Shown here piece after piece: positions 10,678-20,320 of a DNA stretch of 64,000 nt. The stretch comes from Spirochaetia bacterium (GTDB taxonomy: Bacteria > Spirochaetota > Spirochaetia > WTKD01 > G963693115). The stretch is taken from the NCBI GenBank assembly GCA_965226055.1, contig CBDDCA010000006.1, positions 544,001-608,000 on the forward strand. Reading direction: 5' to 3'. The notes under the pieces are model-generated. The model saw nothing but the letters and a program-made list of their open reading frames with translations, was not told the DNA's origin and made no database searches. Within the stretch, counting starts at the first letter, position 1. Each line of letters starts with the position of its first letter. Made by a program: the position numbers and the translations under genes.

Positions 10678-11583
10678 ATGAAAAACGCTAAGTTTTCAAA
10701 TAATTTAATCAAATTGTCATTGTTTATGATAATTGTAACAAGTTTGTTTGCAACTATAAGTTGTGAAAATAATGGTGTAGGGAGTAGTAGTAGTGCAGAA
10801 AGTAATTCAAAACTACCAGATATTTCCGATGTAGGAAGAAGTATTTCTTTGAGTGGTTCTAACAATGATTTAGTAATAAAATGGTATCCACCGAAATTTA
10901 CTAACAGCGATATAGCAGCAGATAATACACAACTAACTGCAGCAGATGTATCTTACGAGTTATATTATATAAAACAAGCTTCTGGTACTCCTAAAACTAC
11001 TGCTAAAGCGATAATAGATGCAGGTGCACAAAAACTTACTACAGTTTCAAGTACAGATTTTGGTGGTATCACTTTAGGTTCTAATCCTGACTATATCGCT
11101 ACAGCAACGATAAAAGCAAAAAAATCAGACAATACTACTGTCAACCTTGCAGCAGGTGAGACTTATGAAATAGCAATAATTGTGGTAAATGGCACAAAAA
11201 GATCAGTGGGAGTACGATTTGAAGTAAAATATCTAGCAACTACAAAACCAACACATGCGACAACACCACCTTCAGGCGTTCGATTTTTCACAGCTGTAGG
11301 TAAATCCAATGCGATTACAATTACCTTTACAGAACAACCTAGTGCTACCAATGAATATTGGATATATCCTAAAACGAAACCAGACAGTGGAAGTTTAGAT
11401 ATCGCAAGTGTAATTGCCGGCACACAACGAATAAAGACGGTAAGTTCTGATTATTCCAAAAACACCAAAGATATAACTGTCACACCAGGAACTTATTTAA
11501 TCGTAGTACGACAAGTTATTATTAAAAACAATACATATACATCAATTACAAGTGGTATAGTAGAGGCCACAGCAACAAACTAA
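10678..11583 (+). CDS. Lipoprotein, possibly with two FnIII/Ig-like domains
   Basis: AAGGAG RBS, lipobox-like FATISC, Ser-rich tether, Thr-rich beta-strand segments (VIKW...YELYY; ITF...YWIY). Confidence 0.75.
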   Translation: MKNAKFSNNLIKLSLFMIIVTSLFATISCENNGVGSSSSAESNSKLPDISDVGRSISLSGSNNDLVIKWYPPKFTNSDIAADNTQLTAADVSYELYYIKQASGTPKTTAKAIIDAGAQKLTTVSSTDFGGITLGSNPDYIATATIKAKKSDNTTVNLAAGETYEIAIIVVNGTKRSVGVRFEVKYLATTKPTHATTPPSGVRFFTAVGKSNAITITFTEQPSATNEYWIYPKTKPDSGSLDIASVIAGTQRIKTVSSDYSKNTKDITVTPGTYLIVVRQVIIKNNTYTSITSGIVEATATN

Positions 11584-11769
11584 CATTTACTAGGATAGAT
11601 GTGTTTACACACAGCAGGTTTTAAGAATACCCCTATAAAATGGGAGAAGTATGTAGTTTTTAAAAAAGTTGTTATTGATAGAATTTTTATGAGTCCAGTA
11701 AAATTTTATTAGTAATGACTTTTTTTTACTATGTATAATATAATAATATATATATACTAGGAGGAAAAA

Positions 11770-12816
11770 ATGAGTAGAAATTATTGGTTACATAGGATTA
11801 ATGTAGAATTAGAGATATCTAGTTCTATACTACCAAAGAATAATATTTTATCCATTGGATTTTCTGATTTATCTACAAAAGAATTTATTGATAATAGAGA
11901 TAAATTTGATGAATATATTAAAGAGGAATGGGAAGGGCGGTTACCTCGTAACAGATATAATCTATGGAGATTTTTATTTGAAATGAAAAAAGGAGACTAT
12001 GTTGTTGTTCCTTTCTGGCATGAATTTTCAATTTATGAAATTGCAGATGATACTTGTAGAGCAATTGAGCAAATAGACAAAAAAGAATTAGAGAGCTGGA
12101 AAAATTGGGATGGCACACAACAAGTTATCCTAAGGGATGATGGATACTTAGGTTTAAAAGAAAACCCATCTAGGTGGTTAGATTTAGGCTTCTTTCGTAA
12201 AGTAATACCAGTCATTGAATGGGCATTAAGAGAAGATTTTGCAGATAGTGCTTTGACACAACGAATGAAAATACGACGAACAAATACAGATATTACTGAT
12301 ATAAAAGAAAGTGTTACAAAAGCCATTGATCTTTATACAAAAGAAAAACCAATTAATCTTGAGAAAATTATTATGGGTGATATCCCTAATAATGTTTTAT
12401 CAATAATAACAAAAGAGCTAAATCCAAATAAATTGGAAAATTTAGTTAAAAAGTACCTAGAGAAAAGTGGAGCAACAGAAGTTCAAAAGCCTGCTAAAAA
12501 TGAAAAAAACAAAGCAGGTGACGCAGATGTCGTTGCCACTTTTGAACCAATCAAAACTATAATCTATGTTCAAGTCAAATTTCATGAAGGAGAGACAGAT
12601 GAATGGGCATTGGAGCAAATTACAAACTATAGAGATTATAAAAAAGAAAACGAAGACGATGGGTATTCAAAGTTAGCATGGGTCATAACAACCGCTGAGA
12701 AATTTACAGACGAATGTTATAAAAAAGCAGAAGAAGAGAATGTACAGTTAATCAATGGAGAGGAATTTACTCAAATGATCTTGGAAGTAGGACTTTCCAA
12801 TTTAGGGAGTATATAA
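11770..12816 (+). CDS. Mrr-like (type IV) restriction endonuclease with N-terminal reader-like domain
   Basis: C-terminal Mrr_cat-type motifs GDADV...VQVK...LINGEEF; N-terminal YWLHR...MKKGDYVVVP; AGGAGG RBS. Confidence 0.75.
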   Translation: MSRNYWLHRINVELEISSSILPKNNILSIGFSDLSTKEFIDNRDKFDEYIKEEWEGRLPRNRYNLWRFLFEMKKGDYVVVPFWHEFSIYEIADDTCRAIEQIDKKELESWKNWDGTQQVILRDDGYLGLKENPSRWLDLGFFRKVIPVIEWALREDFADSALTQRMKIRRTNTDITDIKESVTKAIDLYTKEKPINLEKIIMGDIPNNVLSIITKELNPNKLENLVKKYLEKSGATEVQKPAKNEKNKAGDADVVATFEPIKTIIYVQVKFHEGETDEWALEQITNYRDYKKENEDDGYSKLAWVITTAEKFTDECYKKAEEENVQLINGEEFTQMILEVGLSNLGSI

Positions 12817-12905
12817 ACACACCATAACTTTACTTCAATGGCAGTATACCAGTACTGCCACTCCTCCCTACACACATGGGTAACAATATATAGTATACTA
12901 ATGGC

Positions 12906-13259
12906 ATGAAAAACAATGTACGACTCACGATATTACGATATGCCTCCTATGGTGCGAGTATGGTATGGATAGCAACAGGGCTAATTATAATTGGAAGTAT
13001 TTACCTATCAAGTAGTGGGTTTTTTATAAATCTCATTATAGGAGTGCTATTTATACTATTAGGGATATTCTTTTATTCAAAAGAAAAAACATTACTGCAG
13101 ATACTCTCACAAAATCATGAAGACATACAAAATACATTGTACAAAAAAAGTATTAACGGAGAAATTATCCTAGCCATGCTTACGCTTTTTTTGGGGCTTA
13201 TGCTATTGAGTGCAGCTTCATCACGAGTATTTGTAGAAGGCTATCCTGTGTTTGGATAA
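12906..13259 (+). CDS. Small membrane protein (3 TM), unknown function
   Basis: Three hydrophobic helices; TATACT box 6 nt before ATG. Confidence 0.65.
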   Translation: MKNNVRLTILRYASYGASMVWIATGLIIIGSIYLSSSGFFINLIIGVLFILLGIFFYSKEKTLLQILSQNHEDIQNTLYKKSINGEIILAMLTLFLGLMLLSAASSRVFVEGYPVFG

Positions 13260-13354
13260 GGACACATATACTCATAGCTCTATTTTCAAACAATAGCATT
13301 ATTTGATTTTTTCATCACTATGGAATATACTGTTTGTAAGCATGAGGATATACA

Positions 13355-14425
13355 ATGAAACTTGGCTTTAGATGGTATGGAAAAAATAATGACTCTATCT
13401 CATTAAAAGACATTCGGCAGATTCCTGGCACAACAGGAATAGTGTGGTCATTACATGATGTAGCAGCGGGGGAACTGTGGGATGAATTAAGAATACAACA
13501 AGAAACAGAGTATATAAAAGAAGCAGGGTTTTCCCCCGAAGTAGTAGAAAGCGTAAATGTACATGAAGATATAAAGTTAGGACTCCCCAGTAGAGATAGA
13601 TACATAGAAAATTATCAAGAAACTATACGCAGATTACAAAAGGTGGGAGTGACTACTATTTGCTATAACTTTATGCCTGTATTTGATTGGACAAGGACAG
13701 ATGTATATAAACAGACTCCCGATGGATCTACTGCGTTGTTTTATGAAAAATCAGTCATTGATACTATCAATCCTCAAGAACTCATTGCTTCCATTGCAGA
13801 AGGAAGTGGATCTTTCACTATGCCTGGCTGGGAACCAGAGCGTCTCAGTAATATAGAGACATCATTAAAAGCATACACACATGTCAATGAAGAAATACTA
13901 TGGAAAAACTTACGCTATTTTTTAGAAGCTATTATTCCTGTTGCAGAACAATGTAACATACATATGGCTATTCATCCTGATGATCCTCCATGGAACATAT
14001 TTGGACTACCACGTATCATCAACTGTCGAGACAACATAGCACGGTTTTTACAGCTAGTAGATAATCCTTATAATGGACTTACCTTATGTAGCGGCTCGCT
14101 GGGAGCTTCTAAAAAAAATGATATTCCTGCACTTATCACAGAATTTGGCAACAGAATCTATTTTGGACATATTAGAAACGTGAAGGTATTTGATAATGGA
14201 GATTTCATAGAAACTTCACATCGATCATGTGATGGATCTGTCGATATATGCAAAGTGGTACAAGCATACCATGATATTCACTTTAAGGGATATGTACGAC
14301 CTGATCATGGACGACATTTATGGAACGAAGATGCTCATTGTAGACCAGGATACGGACTGTATGACAGAGCATTAGGGGCCATGTATATTTGGGGAATCTG
14401 GGACACTTTACAGAAAATAAAATAA
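13355..14425 (+). CDS. uxuA: Mannonate dehydratase
   Basis: FRWYG, CYNFMPVFDWTRT, IHPDDPP, RPDHG, PGYGLYDRALG. Confidence 0.97.
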   Translation: MKLGFRWYGKNNDSISLKDIRQIPGTTGIVWSLHDVAAGELWDELRIQQETEYIKEAGFSPEVVESVNVHEDIKLGLPSRDRYIENYQETIRRLQKVGVTTICYNFMPVFDWTRTDVYKQTPDGSTALFYEKSVIDTINPQELIASIAEGSGSFTMPGWEPERLSNIETSLKAYTHVNEEILWKNLRYFLEAIIPVAEQCNIHMAIHPDDPPWNIFGLPRIINCRDNIARFLQLVDNPYNGLTLCSGSLGASKKNDIPALITEFGNRIYFGHIRNVKVFDNGDFIETSHRSCDGSVDICKVVQAYHDIHFKGYVRPDHGRHLWNEDAHCRPGYGLYDRALGAMYIWGIWDTLQKIK

Positions 14426-14439
14426 TATACGGAGATACT

Positions 14440-15276
14440 ATGAAAGTAAACTTACAAGGAAAAATAGCAGTTATTACAGGAGGCAGTGGATACCTCTGCT
14501 CAGAAATGGGCATGGCGCTTTCTCGTAATGGTGCGAGCGTTATTGTTCTTGGGCGTAAACAAGAAAAAATTGATCAAGCAGTGGAGGCTATCACACAGGC
14601 AGGAACACAGGCAAGAGGACTATCTGTAGATGTAACACAAAAAGAAGCACTGCAAGAAGCGTATAATACTATTGTACAGCAATGGGGAACATGTGATATT
14701 CTCATCAATGGTGCTGGAGGAAACAGTCCAAAGGTAAGCAGTCCCGAAGAATTTTGTAGCAAAGAAACACTTGAAAAAACAGATAGTAATACTTTTTTCA
14801 ATTTTGATATACAAGATATAGAAGAAAATGTACGGCTTAATTTTATTAGTGCTTTGCAATGTACTCAATTATTTGCAAAAGATATGGTAAAAAAAGGAGA
14901 GGGTTCTGTTATCAATATATCTTCTATGGCAACAATAAATGCTATTACCCGTGTAGCAAGCTACAGTGCCTCTAAAGCTGCCTTAGATAATCTTACCCAT
15001 TGGCTAGCTGTGTACTTTAGCAAAGTAGGTATTCGAGTAAATGCAATTTCACCAGGATTTTTTATTGGAGAACAAAATAAAAGACTTCTTCTTGAAGAGG
15101 ATGGTACATATACAGAGAGAGGGAATAAAATTATTCGTAATACTCCTATGGAACGGTTTGGGGTTGCTGAAGAATTAACCAGTACATTGTTGTATTTGGT
15201 ATCAGATGAATCAAAATTTGTAACGGGACAAATTATAAAAGTAGACGGTGGGTTTAGTATATACTCAGGAGTATAG
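14440..15276 (+). CDS. uxuB: D-mannonate oxidoreductase (SDR family)
   Basis: TGGSGYL, INGAGGN, YSASK, PGFFIGEQN; start re-called at ATG 14440 after GGAG; adjacent to uxuA. Confidence 0.85.
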   Translation: MKVNLQGKIAVITGGSGYLCSEMGMALSRNGASVIVLGRKQEKIDQAVEAITQAGTQARGLSVDVTQKEALQEAYNTIVQQWGTCDILINGAGGNSPKVSSPEEFCSKETLEKTDSNTFFNFDIQDIEENVRLNFISALQCTQLFAKDMVKKGEGSVINISSMATINAITRVASYSASKAALDNLTHWLAVYFSKVGIRVNAISPGFFIGEQNKRLLLEEDGTYTERGNKIIRNTPMERFGVAEELTSTLLYLVSDESKFVTGQIIKVDGGFSIYSGV

Positions 15277-15311
15277 ATTTTTCTCTTATTATTCTCCCCA
15301 TACAAAATATA

Positions 15312-16397
15312 CTATAACACATCAAACAGAGCAATAGCATAGGTGTTTGCTATAGACGCAAGAGAGTTGTATGTAGATTCAGAAAGAACAATGCCTGTCT
15401 GCTTTTGTTCTTGCATATATTCTGCTTCTTTTTGTCCGTGAAATACTACCTGTTTGTGTGGCACTGATGGAGTTTCTATGAACGCTTCAAGCATAGCATC
15501 CATATCCCTCTTAAAATCACTCACAGTACGAAAATGCTCTATGTTGATAACAATAAAGGTGTGTGCTGATTTACCAGCTGCTTTTTCTGTATCTTTTATT
15601 TGATAGCTTGCTTGATACCCCGATAATATACCCGTAAGTATATCTACCATAACAGATAACCCGTACCCTTTATGGCCACCAAAAAGCGTATCAAAGCCTC
15701 CTAATGGCACTAGTCCTCCACTATCATTATTGAGTGCCTGTATAACTTCACTTGCATCTGTCATATACTCCCCTCTATTATTGACAGCCCAACCTTCAGG
15801 GATAGCAGTATGTTCATCTGCACATCTTTTTACTACTCCACGTGGAACAACCGTAGTTGACATATCTAATACAAAGTGTGGATGCTTTTCACTTGGGGCG
15901 GCAAAAGAAATTGGATTAGTGCCTAGTTTTGCTTTTGTCCCTAAAGTAGGTACTGCAATAGAAGCGGTGTTACTTACTACAAGCCCTATCATGTTCTCGT
16001 TTGCTGCTTGTAATGCATAGTACCCTCCAAAGCCAAAGTGGTTGGCATTCTTTACGGTGGTAATTGCTATTCCTTGTTTCTTTGCTTTATCAATAGCTTC
16101 ATTCATTGCGAGAGTGCTTGATATCATCCCCATAGTACCACATGCATCTATAGACACTATACAAGGAGTCGCAAAAAGCACCTTAGGAGATGATTGTACC
16201 TCTATCGTTCCCTCTTCTATTCCTGCTACATATCTTATTAATGCGTCTGTGCCATGGGAGGAAATTTTTCTTAAATCTGCAGCTACTAATACATCACTAC
16301 ACTGCTTTGCATGTTCATTGTCCATACCAAAATGACAAAGCACTTGTTCACAAAATAAATGTAAATTATGTTCTGATACTCGATACATCATACTCAT
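15312..16397 (-). CDS. Ldh_2-family oxidoreductase (YjmC-like)
   Basis: SSHG, NHFG, GTNPISFAAP, DMST, GGHKGYGL. Confidence 0.88.
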   Translation of the reverse strand: MSMMYRVSEHNLHLFCEQVLCHFGMDNEHAKQCSDVLVAADLRKISSHGTDALIRYVAGIEEGTIEVQSSPKVLFATPCIVSIDACGTMGMISSTLAMNEAIDKAKKQGIAITTVKNANHFGFGGYYALQAANENMIGLVVSNTASIAVPTLGTKAKLGTNPISFAAPSEKHPHFVLDMSTTVVPRGVVKRCADEHTAIPEGWAVNNRGEYMTDASEVIQALNNDSGGLVPLGGFDTLFGGHKGYGLSVMVDILTGILSGYQASYQIKDTEKAAGKSAHTFIVINIEHFRTVSDFKRDMDAMLEAFIETPSVPHKQVVFHGQKEAEYMQEQKQTGIVLSESTYNSLASIANTYAIALFDVL

Positions 16398-16414
16398 ACC
16401 TCATATTATATATA

Positions 16415-17440
16415 TTACCCATCAAATACTACTTGTACTTTTAATGTATGTATATTGGGCTGTAGTAATAATTGAAACCCTGTACCTATATTTTCTAAGG
16501 TAACAGTATGAGTAATAATATTTGCAAGCGATATTTTCTTAGAAAGTAATAGATCCAACGCTTCCTTACATACATGTGTATATCGAAATACTCCTTTTAT
16601 CGTAAGCTCCTTTGACATAACTGCATTTACAGGCAGAGCAACTTGTTCAGCAATAGTACCAACTTGTACAATCAGAGCATGAACAGCAGCATGAGTATAA
16701 CATTGCAATAATGCATTAGGATGCCCTGCCGCTTCAATACATACATCAAATAGCATATCACATGCACCTGGCTCGTATGTGGCATCAACCCCTAACTGTT
16801 TAGCAAAATTCCTTGAAGTTTCTCGTGGATCAATAAGAGTACATGATTTTACCCCAAATACTCGTAAGACTGCAACAATAAGCAGCCCAATAGTACCTCC
16901 TCCAAATACAGCTACATGCTTAAAGGGGAGTGCATCAATTTTTGATACTGCTGAAATAGCTACCATTAACGGTTCTACTAAACATGCCTCATTCCAAGAT
17001 ATACTGTTTTTATCAAAGCGGAGGCAATTTTGTACAGGAACAACAACATACTCTTCAAAACCACCATCAATATGAGGATCACAACTCGCTGAGCCAAACA
17101 TTTTCATATTAGTACAAAAATTATAGTTGCCTTTTGTACAGTACGAACATGCAGTACAGGGCATTGTAGGATCTACTACTACTACATCACCTATTGCAAG
17201 TGTGTTTACCTTACTTCCTACAGAAACAACTTCTCCTACAAACTCATGACCAAGCACCAACGGTCGTTTTGGAACAAATGCTCCACAATACCCATGCTTG
17301 TAATACTCCATATCTGATCCACAAATACCAGCAACTTTTATTTTCAGAAGTACTTCTTGTGAACCAAGAGTATGAGGAGTTTCTTTCTCTATTATTTTTA
17401 GTGTTTGTTTTTGCACTAGCTGTTGTGCTTTATACAACAT
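16415..17440 (-). CDS. Zn-dependent sugar-acid dehydrogenase (L-idonate 5-dehydrogenase-like)
   Basis: GICGSD, GHE, CxxCxxC...C, GSA...PHIDGGF, GGGTIG. Confidence 0.85.
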   Translation of the reverse strand: MLYKAQQLVQKQTLKIIEKETPHTLGSQEVLLKIKVAGICGSDMEYYKHGYCGAFVPKRPLVLGHEFVGEVVSVGSKVNTLAIGDVVVVDPTMPCTACSYCTKGNYNFCTNMKMFGSASCDPHIDGGFEEYVVVPVQNCLRFDKNSISWNEACLVEPLMVAISAVSKIDALPFKHVAVFGGGTIGLLIVAVLRVFGVKSCTLIDPRETSRNFAKQLGVDATYEPGACDMLFDVCIEAAGHPNALLQCYTHAAVHALIVQVGTIAEQVALPVNAVMSKELTIKGVFRYTHVCKEALDLLLSKKISLANIITHTVTLENIGTGFQLLLQPNIHTLKVQVVFDG

Positions 17441-17451
17441 ATACTTATCTC

Positions 17452-18726
17452 CTAATAGTTATACAATAAAGAAGGTAGCCATAACGAAATTGCAGGAAAA
17501 AAAGTAACTAATAGCAGTACTCCTATACTCACAAGAAAAAAAGGAAACACTCCTTTTGTAGCTTCCCATAGAGAAATTTTTCCTATACTAGCACCTACAA
17601 ACAGACATACTCCTACGGGGGGAGTAGTAAGACCTATCATTAAATTTAATACCATGATGATTGCAAAATGTATGGGATCTACTCCTACGGCTACCGCTAA
17701 TTGTAACAAAGAAGGAAAGAATACAAGAAGAGCTGCTATTGTTTCCATAAAAGCCCCAATAAACAAAAGAAACACATTGATAAGCAGTAATAAAATATAT
17801 TTGTTTTCAGTAATTCCTAAAAAGAAATGAGTAATGACTGTTGGTATCTGCTCTATGGTGAGTATCCATGCAAACAAATTTGCAAACCCTACTAACAGTA
17901 AGATAGCAGTCGAAGTATACGCTGTTTCAAGTATCGATGCAATAATATTTTGTAATGACAGCTGCTTATATATTACTACCCCTACTACCAATGCATATAA
18001 CGCAGCAATAACAGACGCTTCACTGGGAGTAAATACTCCTCCTACAATACCAAATAAAATAATGAAGGTCATTAACAAAGACCAAAACGCATAGAAAAAT
18101 TCTCGCCCTACTTTCTTAAAACCAACCCATGCATGTTTAGGATGGGACTGTCGTACTGATATACTATACGATAGTATGAGCAATCCAACACCTAATAAAA
18201 TACCCGGTACTGCTCCTGCAATAAATAGCTTTCCTACTGACAATCCTGAAAGGGTACCAACAATTATCATAGGTAAGCTGGGAGGAATAATAGGCCCTAT
18301 AGTTGATGATGAAGCAGTAACTCCTACTGAAAACTTTGCACTGTAGCCCTCTTTTTTCATACCAGGAATCAATACATTACCTAAACTTGACACATCAGCA
18401 ATGGCAGTTCCAGAAATTCCCGCAAATATCATAGAAGCAACAATATTAGCAAGACCTAAGCCTCCCCGTACATGTCCAACAACAGCATTACTAAATGCAA
18501 TAATTCTATCGGTCATAGATCCTTTGCTCATTAAGTTTCCTGCTAGTAAAAACCCCGGTATAGAGAGCAGTACAAACACATCAATGCCACTATAAATCTT
18601 TTGAGTAGCAATAACTAAGGGAATATCATGAGCAATTAAATATATAATGGAAGAAAATCCTAGTGCAAATACAACAGGAACACCTATAAACAAACAAATA
18701 ATAAAAATTGAAAATAACAGTACCAT
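17452..18726 (-). CDS. dctM: TRAP transporter large permease
   Basis: FAGISGTAIAD, IIPPS, GVFTPSE, TPPVG; about 12 TM segments. Confidence 0.95.
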   Translation of the reverse strand: MVLLFSIFIICLFIGVPVVFALGFSSIIYLIAHDIPLVIATQKIYSGIDVFVLLSIPGFLLAGNLMSKGSMTDRIIAFSNAVVGHVRGGLGLANIVASMIFAGISGTAIADVSSLGNVLIPGMKKEGYSAKFSVGVTASSSTIGPIIPPSLPMIIVGTLSGLSVGKLFIAGAVPGILLGVGLLILSYSISVRQSHPKHAWVGFKKVGREFFYAFWSLLMTFIILFGIVGGVFTPSEASVIAALYALVVGVVIYKQLSLQNIIASILETAYTSTAILLLVGFANLFAWILTIEQIPTVITHFFLGITENKYILLLLINVFLLFIGAFMETIAALLVFFPSLLQLAVAVGVDPIHFAIIMVLNLMIGLTTPPVGVCLFVGASIGKISLWEATKGVFPFFLVSIGVLLLVTFFPAISLWLPSLLYNY

Positions 18727-18729
18727 GCT

Positions 18730-19218
18730 TTATACTTTTTTTATTACATACTGATACAGTTGATATAATTGTGCTACGAGTATAGTAATAGGCAGTATCA
18801 TCATACTTGAGAAAATGATACTCATAGGAATAAACAGTACTGCAGAAGTTTGTTGTATTCCCACCGCAATCATAGGAAACGAGTATATGAGTAAGACAAT
18901 CATAGTGAAGGCAATAATACTATGCACAAGCATTTTTATGAGAACATAGTGCCATGCATTATTTTTTTTACTGTGCATTACTAGTATATCTACACTAATA
19001 AACATATCTTTATAGAACGCTACTCCAGCACCAAAAGACACAAGAAATAACAGAGAAAAGCGTGCTAATTCTTCTGTCCAGCTTGGTGCTTGTGGTAATA
19101 AGAATCGTGCAAATACTTGAAGAGACACGATTCCCATTATACTTACGAGAAGAACAATAAGTATTGTTTTTATAACATACTTACAATACCGCATATTCTC
19201 TCTTATGAAGATATGCAC
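18730..19218 (-). CDS. dctQ: TRAP transporter small permease
   Basis: QVFARF...SWTEELAR; 4 TM segments. Confidence 0.92.
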   Translation of the reverse strand: MHIFIRENMRYCKYVIKTILIVLLVSIMGIVSLQVFARFLLPQAPSWTEELARFSLLFLVSFGAGVAFYKDMFISVDILVMHSKKNNAWHYVLIKMLVHSIIAFTMIVLLIYSFPMIAVGIQQTSAVLFIPMSIIFSSMMILPITILVAQLYQLYQYVIKKV

Positions 19219-19235
19219 AGCATATACAAGGTATA

Positions 19236-20225
19236 TTACATACCTTCAATAATATCATATAACTGCTTTTGTTCAGAATCTAAACTTGGATAGAGTACCT
19301 CTTTTGCAATAGCTTGAAATGATGTTTTCTCTACAGGATTAAAAGTCATCCCTTTATCAATTAATGTTTGCTTTAATCTTTTCTGATCTTTTTGAAATAT
19401 ATCACTTTCATATCGTTGCATTTCTTGTCCTGCATCAATAACAATAGCTTGTAAATCTTGAGGAAGACTTTTTAGTTTTTTATCACTAATAACTACATAG
19501 ATCCAACTGATAACATGTTCAGTAAGATTTACATATTTCTGTACCTCAAAGAAATTTGCACTATATATCAATGAAAGTGGATTTTCCTGTCCTTCAATAG
19601 TACCTTGTTGTAAGCTAGTAAAAACTTCCGAAAATGCCATTGGAGTAGGCTTTGCACCAGCAGCTTGCCAATAACTCACAAAAAGAGGAACATTTGGCAC
19701 TCTCAATATCATGCCATTTAAGTCTTGTGGTGCATTTATAGGACGGTTTGAAGTAAGATTTCTTGCTCCTCTTTGAAAATAAGCAAGCGGATACAGTCCT
19801 AAATTATTTTGTATTTGCTCAGCAATTTTTTCCCCTGGCTCACCTTTAATTACTTTTGTTAAGTGTTCAGAGTCTCTTATAAGAAATGGCACTGCAAGCA
19901 TTGCCGTAAGCGGAGCATTAAAGTTTTGCATGGACTCTCCTGTAATAGTCATGTCTACTACCCCTGCTTGTATTCCATTTAATAACTCAACTTCTTTTCC
20001 TAGCTGTTCATTAGGATATACCTGTACTTCAATTCTCCCATTGCTTTTCTCTTCAACAACTTCCTTAAATTTTACAGCTGCAAGATGCCATGAATGCTGT
20101 TCATTTGCTAAATGACCAAACTTAAGAACAATGGGCTTCTCTGATTTTGCTTCATTTCCTCCACCAGAAAACACAAGCTGACTTACAACACACATGAGTA
20201 TGAGCACATATAATACTTTTTTCAT
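19236..20225 (-). CDS. dctP: TRAP transporter substrate-binding protein
   Basis: VYPNEQLG, LRVP, PMAFSEVFTSLQQGTIEGQENP. Confidence 0.95.
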   Translation of the reverse strand: MKKVLYVLILMCVVSQLVFSGGGNEAKSEKPIVLKFGHLANEQHSWHLAAVKFKEVVEEKSNGRIEVQVYPNEQLGKEVELLNGIQAGVVDMTITGESMQNFNAPLTAMLAVPFLIRDSEHLTKVIKGEPGEKIAEQIQNNLGLYPLAYFQRGARNLTSNRPINAPQDLNGMILRVPNVPLFVSYWQAAGAKPTPMAFSEVFTSLQQGTIEGQENPLSLIYSANFFEVQKYVNLTEHVISWIYVVISDKKLKSLPQDLQAIVIDAGQEMQRYESDIFQKDQKRLKQTLIDKGMTFNPVEKTSFQAIAKEVLYPSLDSEQKQLYDIIEGM

Positions 20226-20320
20226 AGTAACCTCCGTATATAAAATAGTATATATACATTATATCATACGAGAGAAGGAATAATATAGGTGTTACATTGA
20301 AAATATACTATACTAGTATC

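Noticed and set aside
12839-12860. Hairpin TGGCAGTA-N6-TACTGCCA after the Mrr-like gene
   Set aside because: No U-tract, so it cannot be called an intrinsic terminator with confidence
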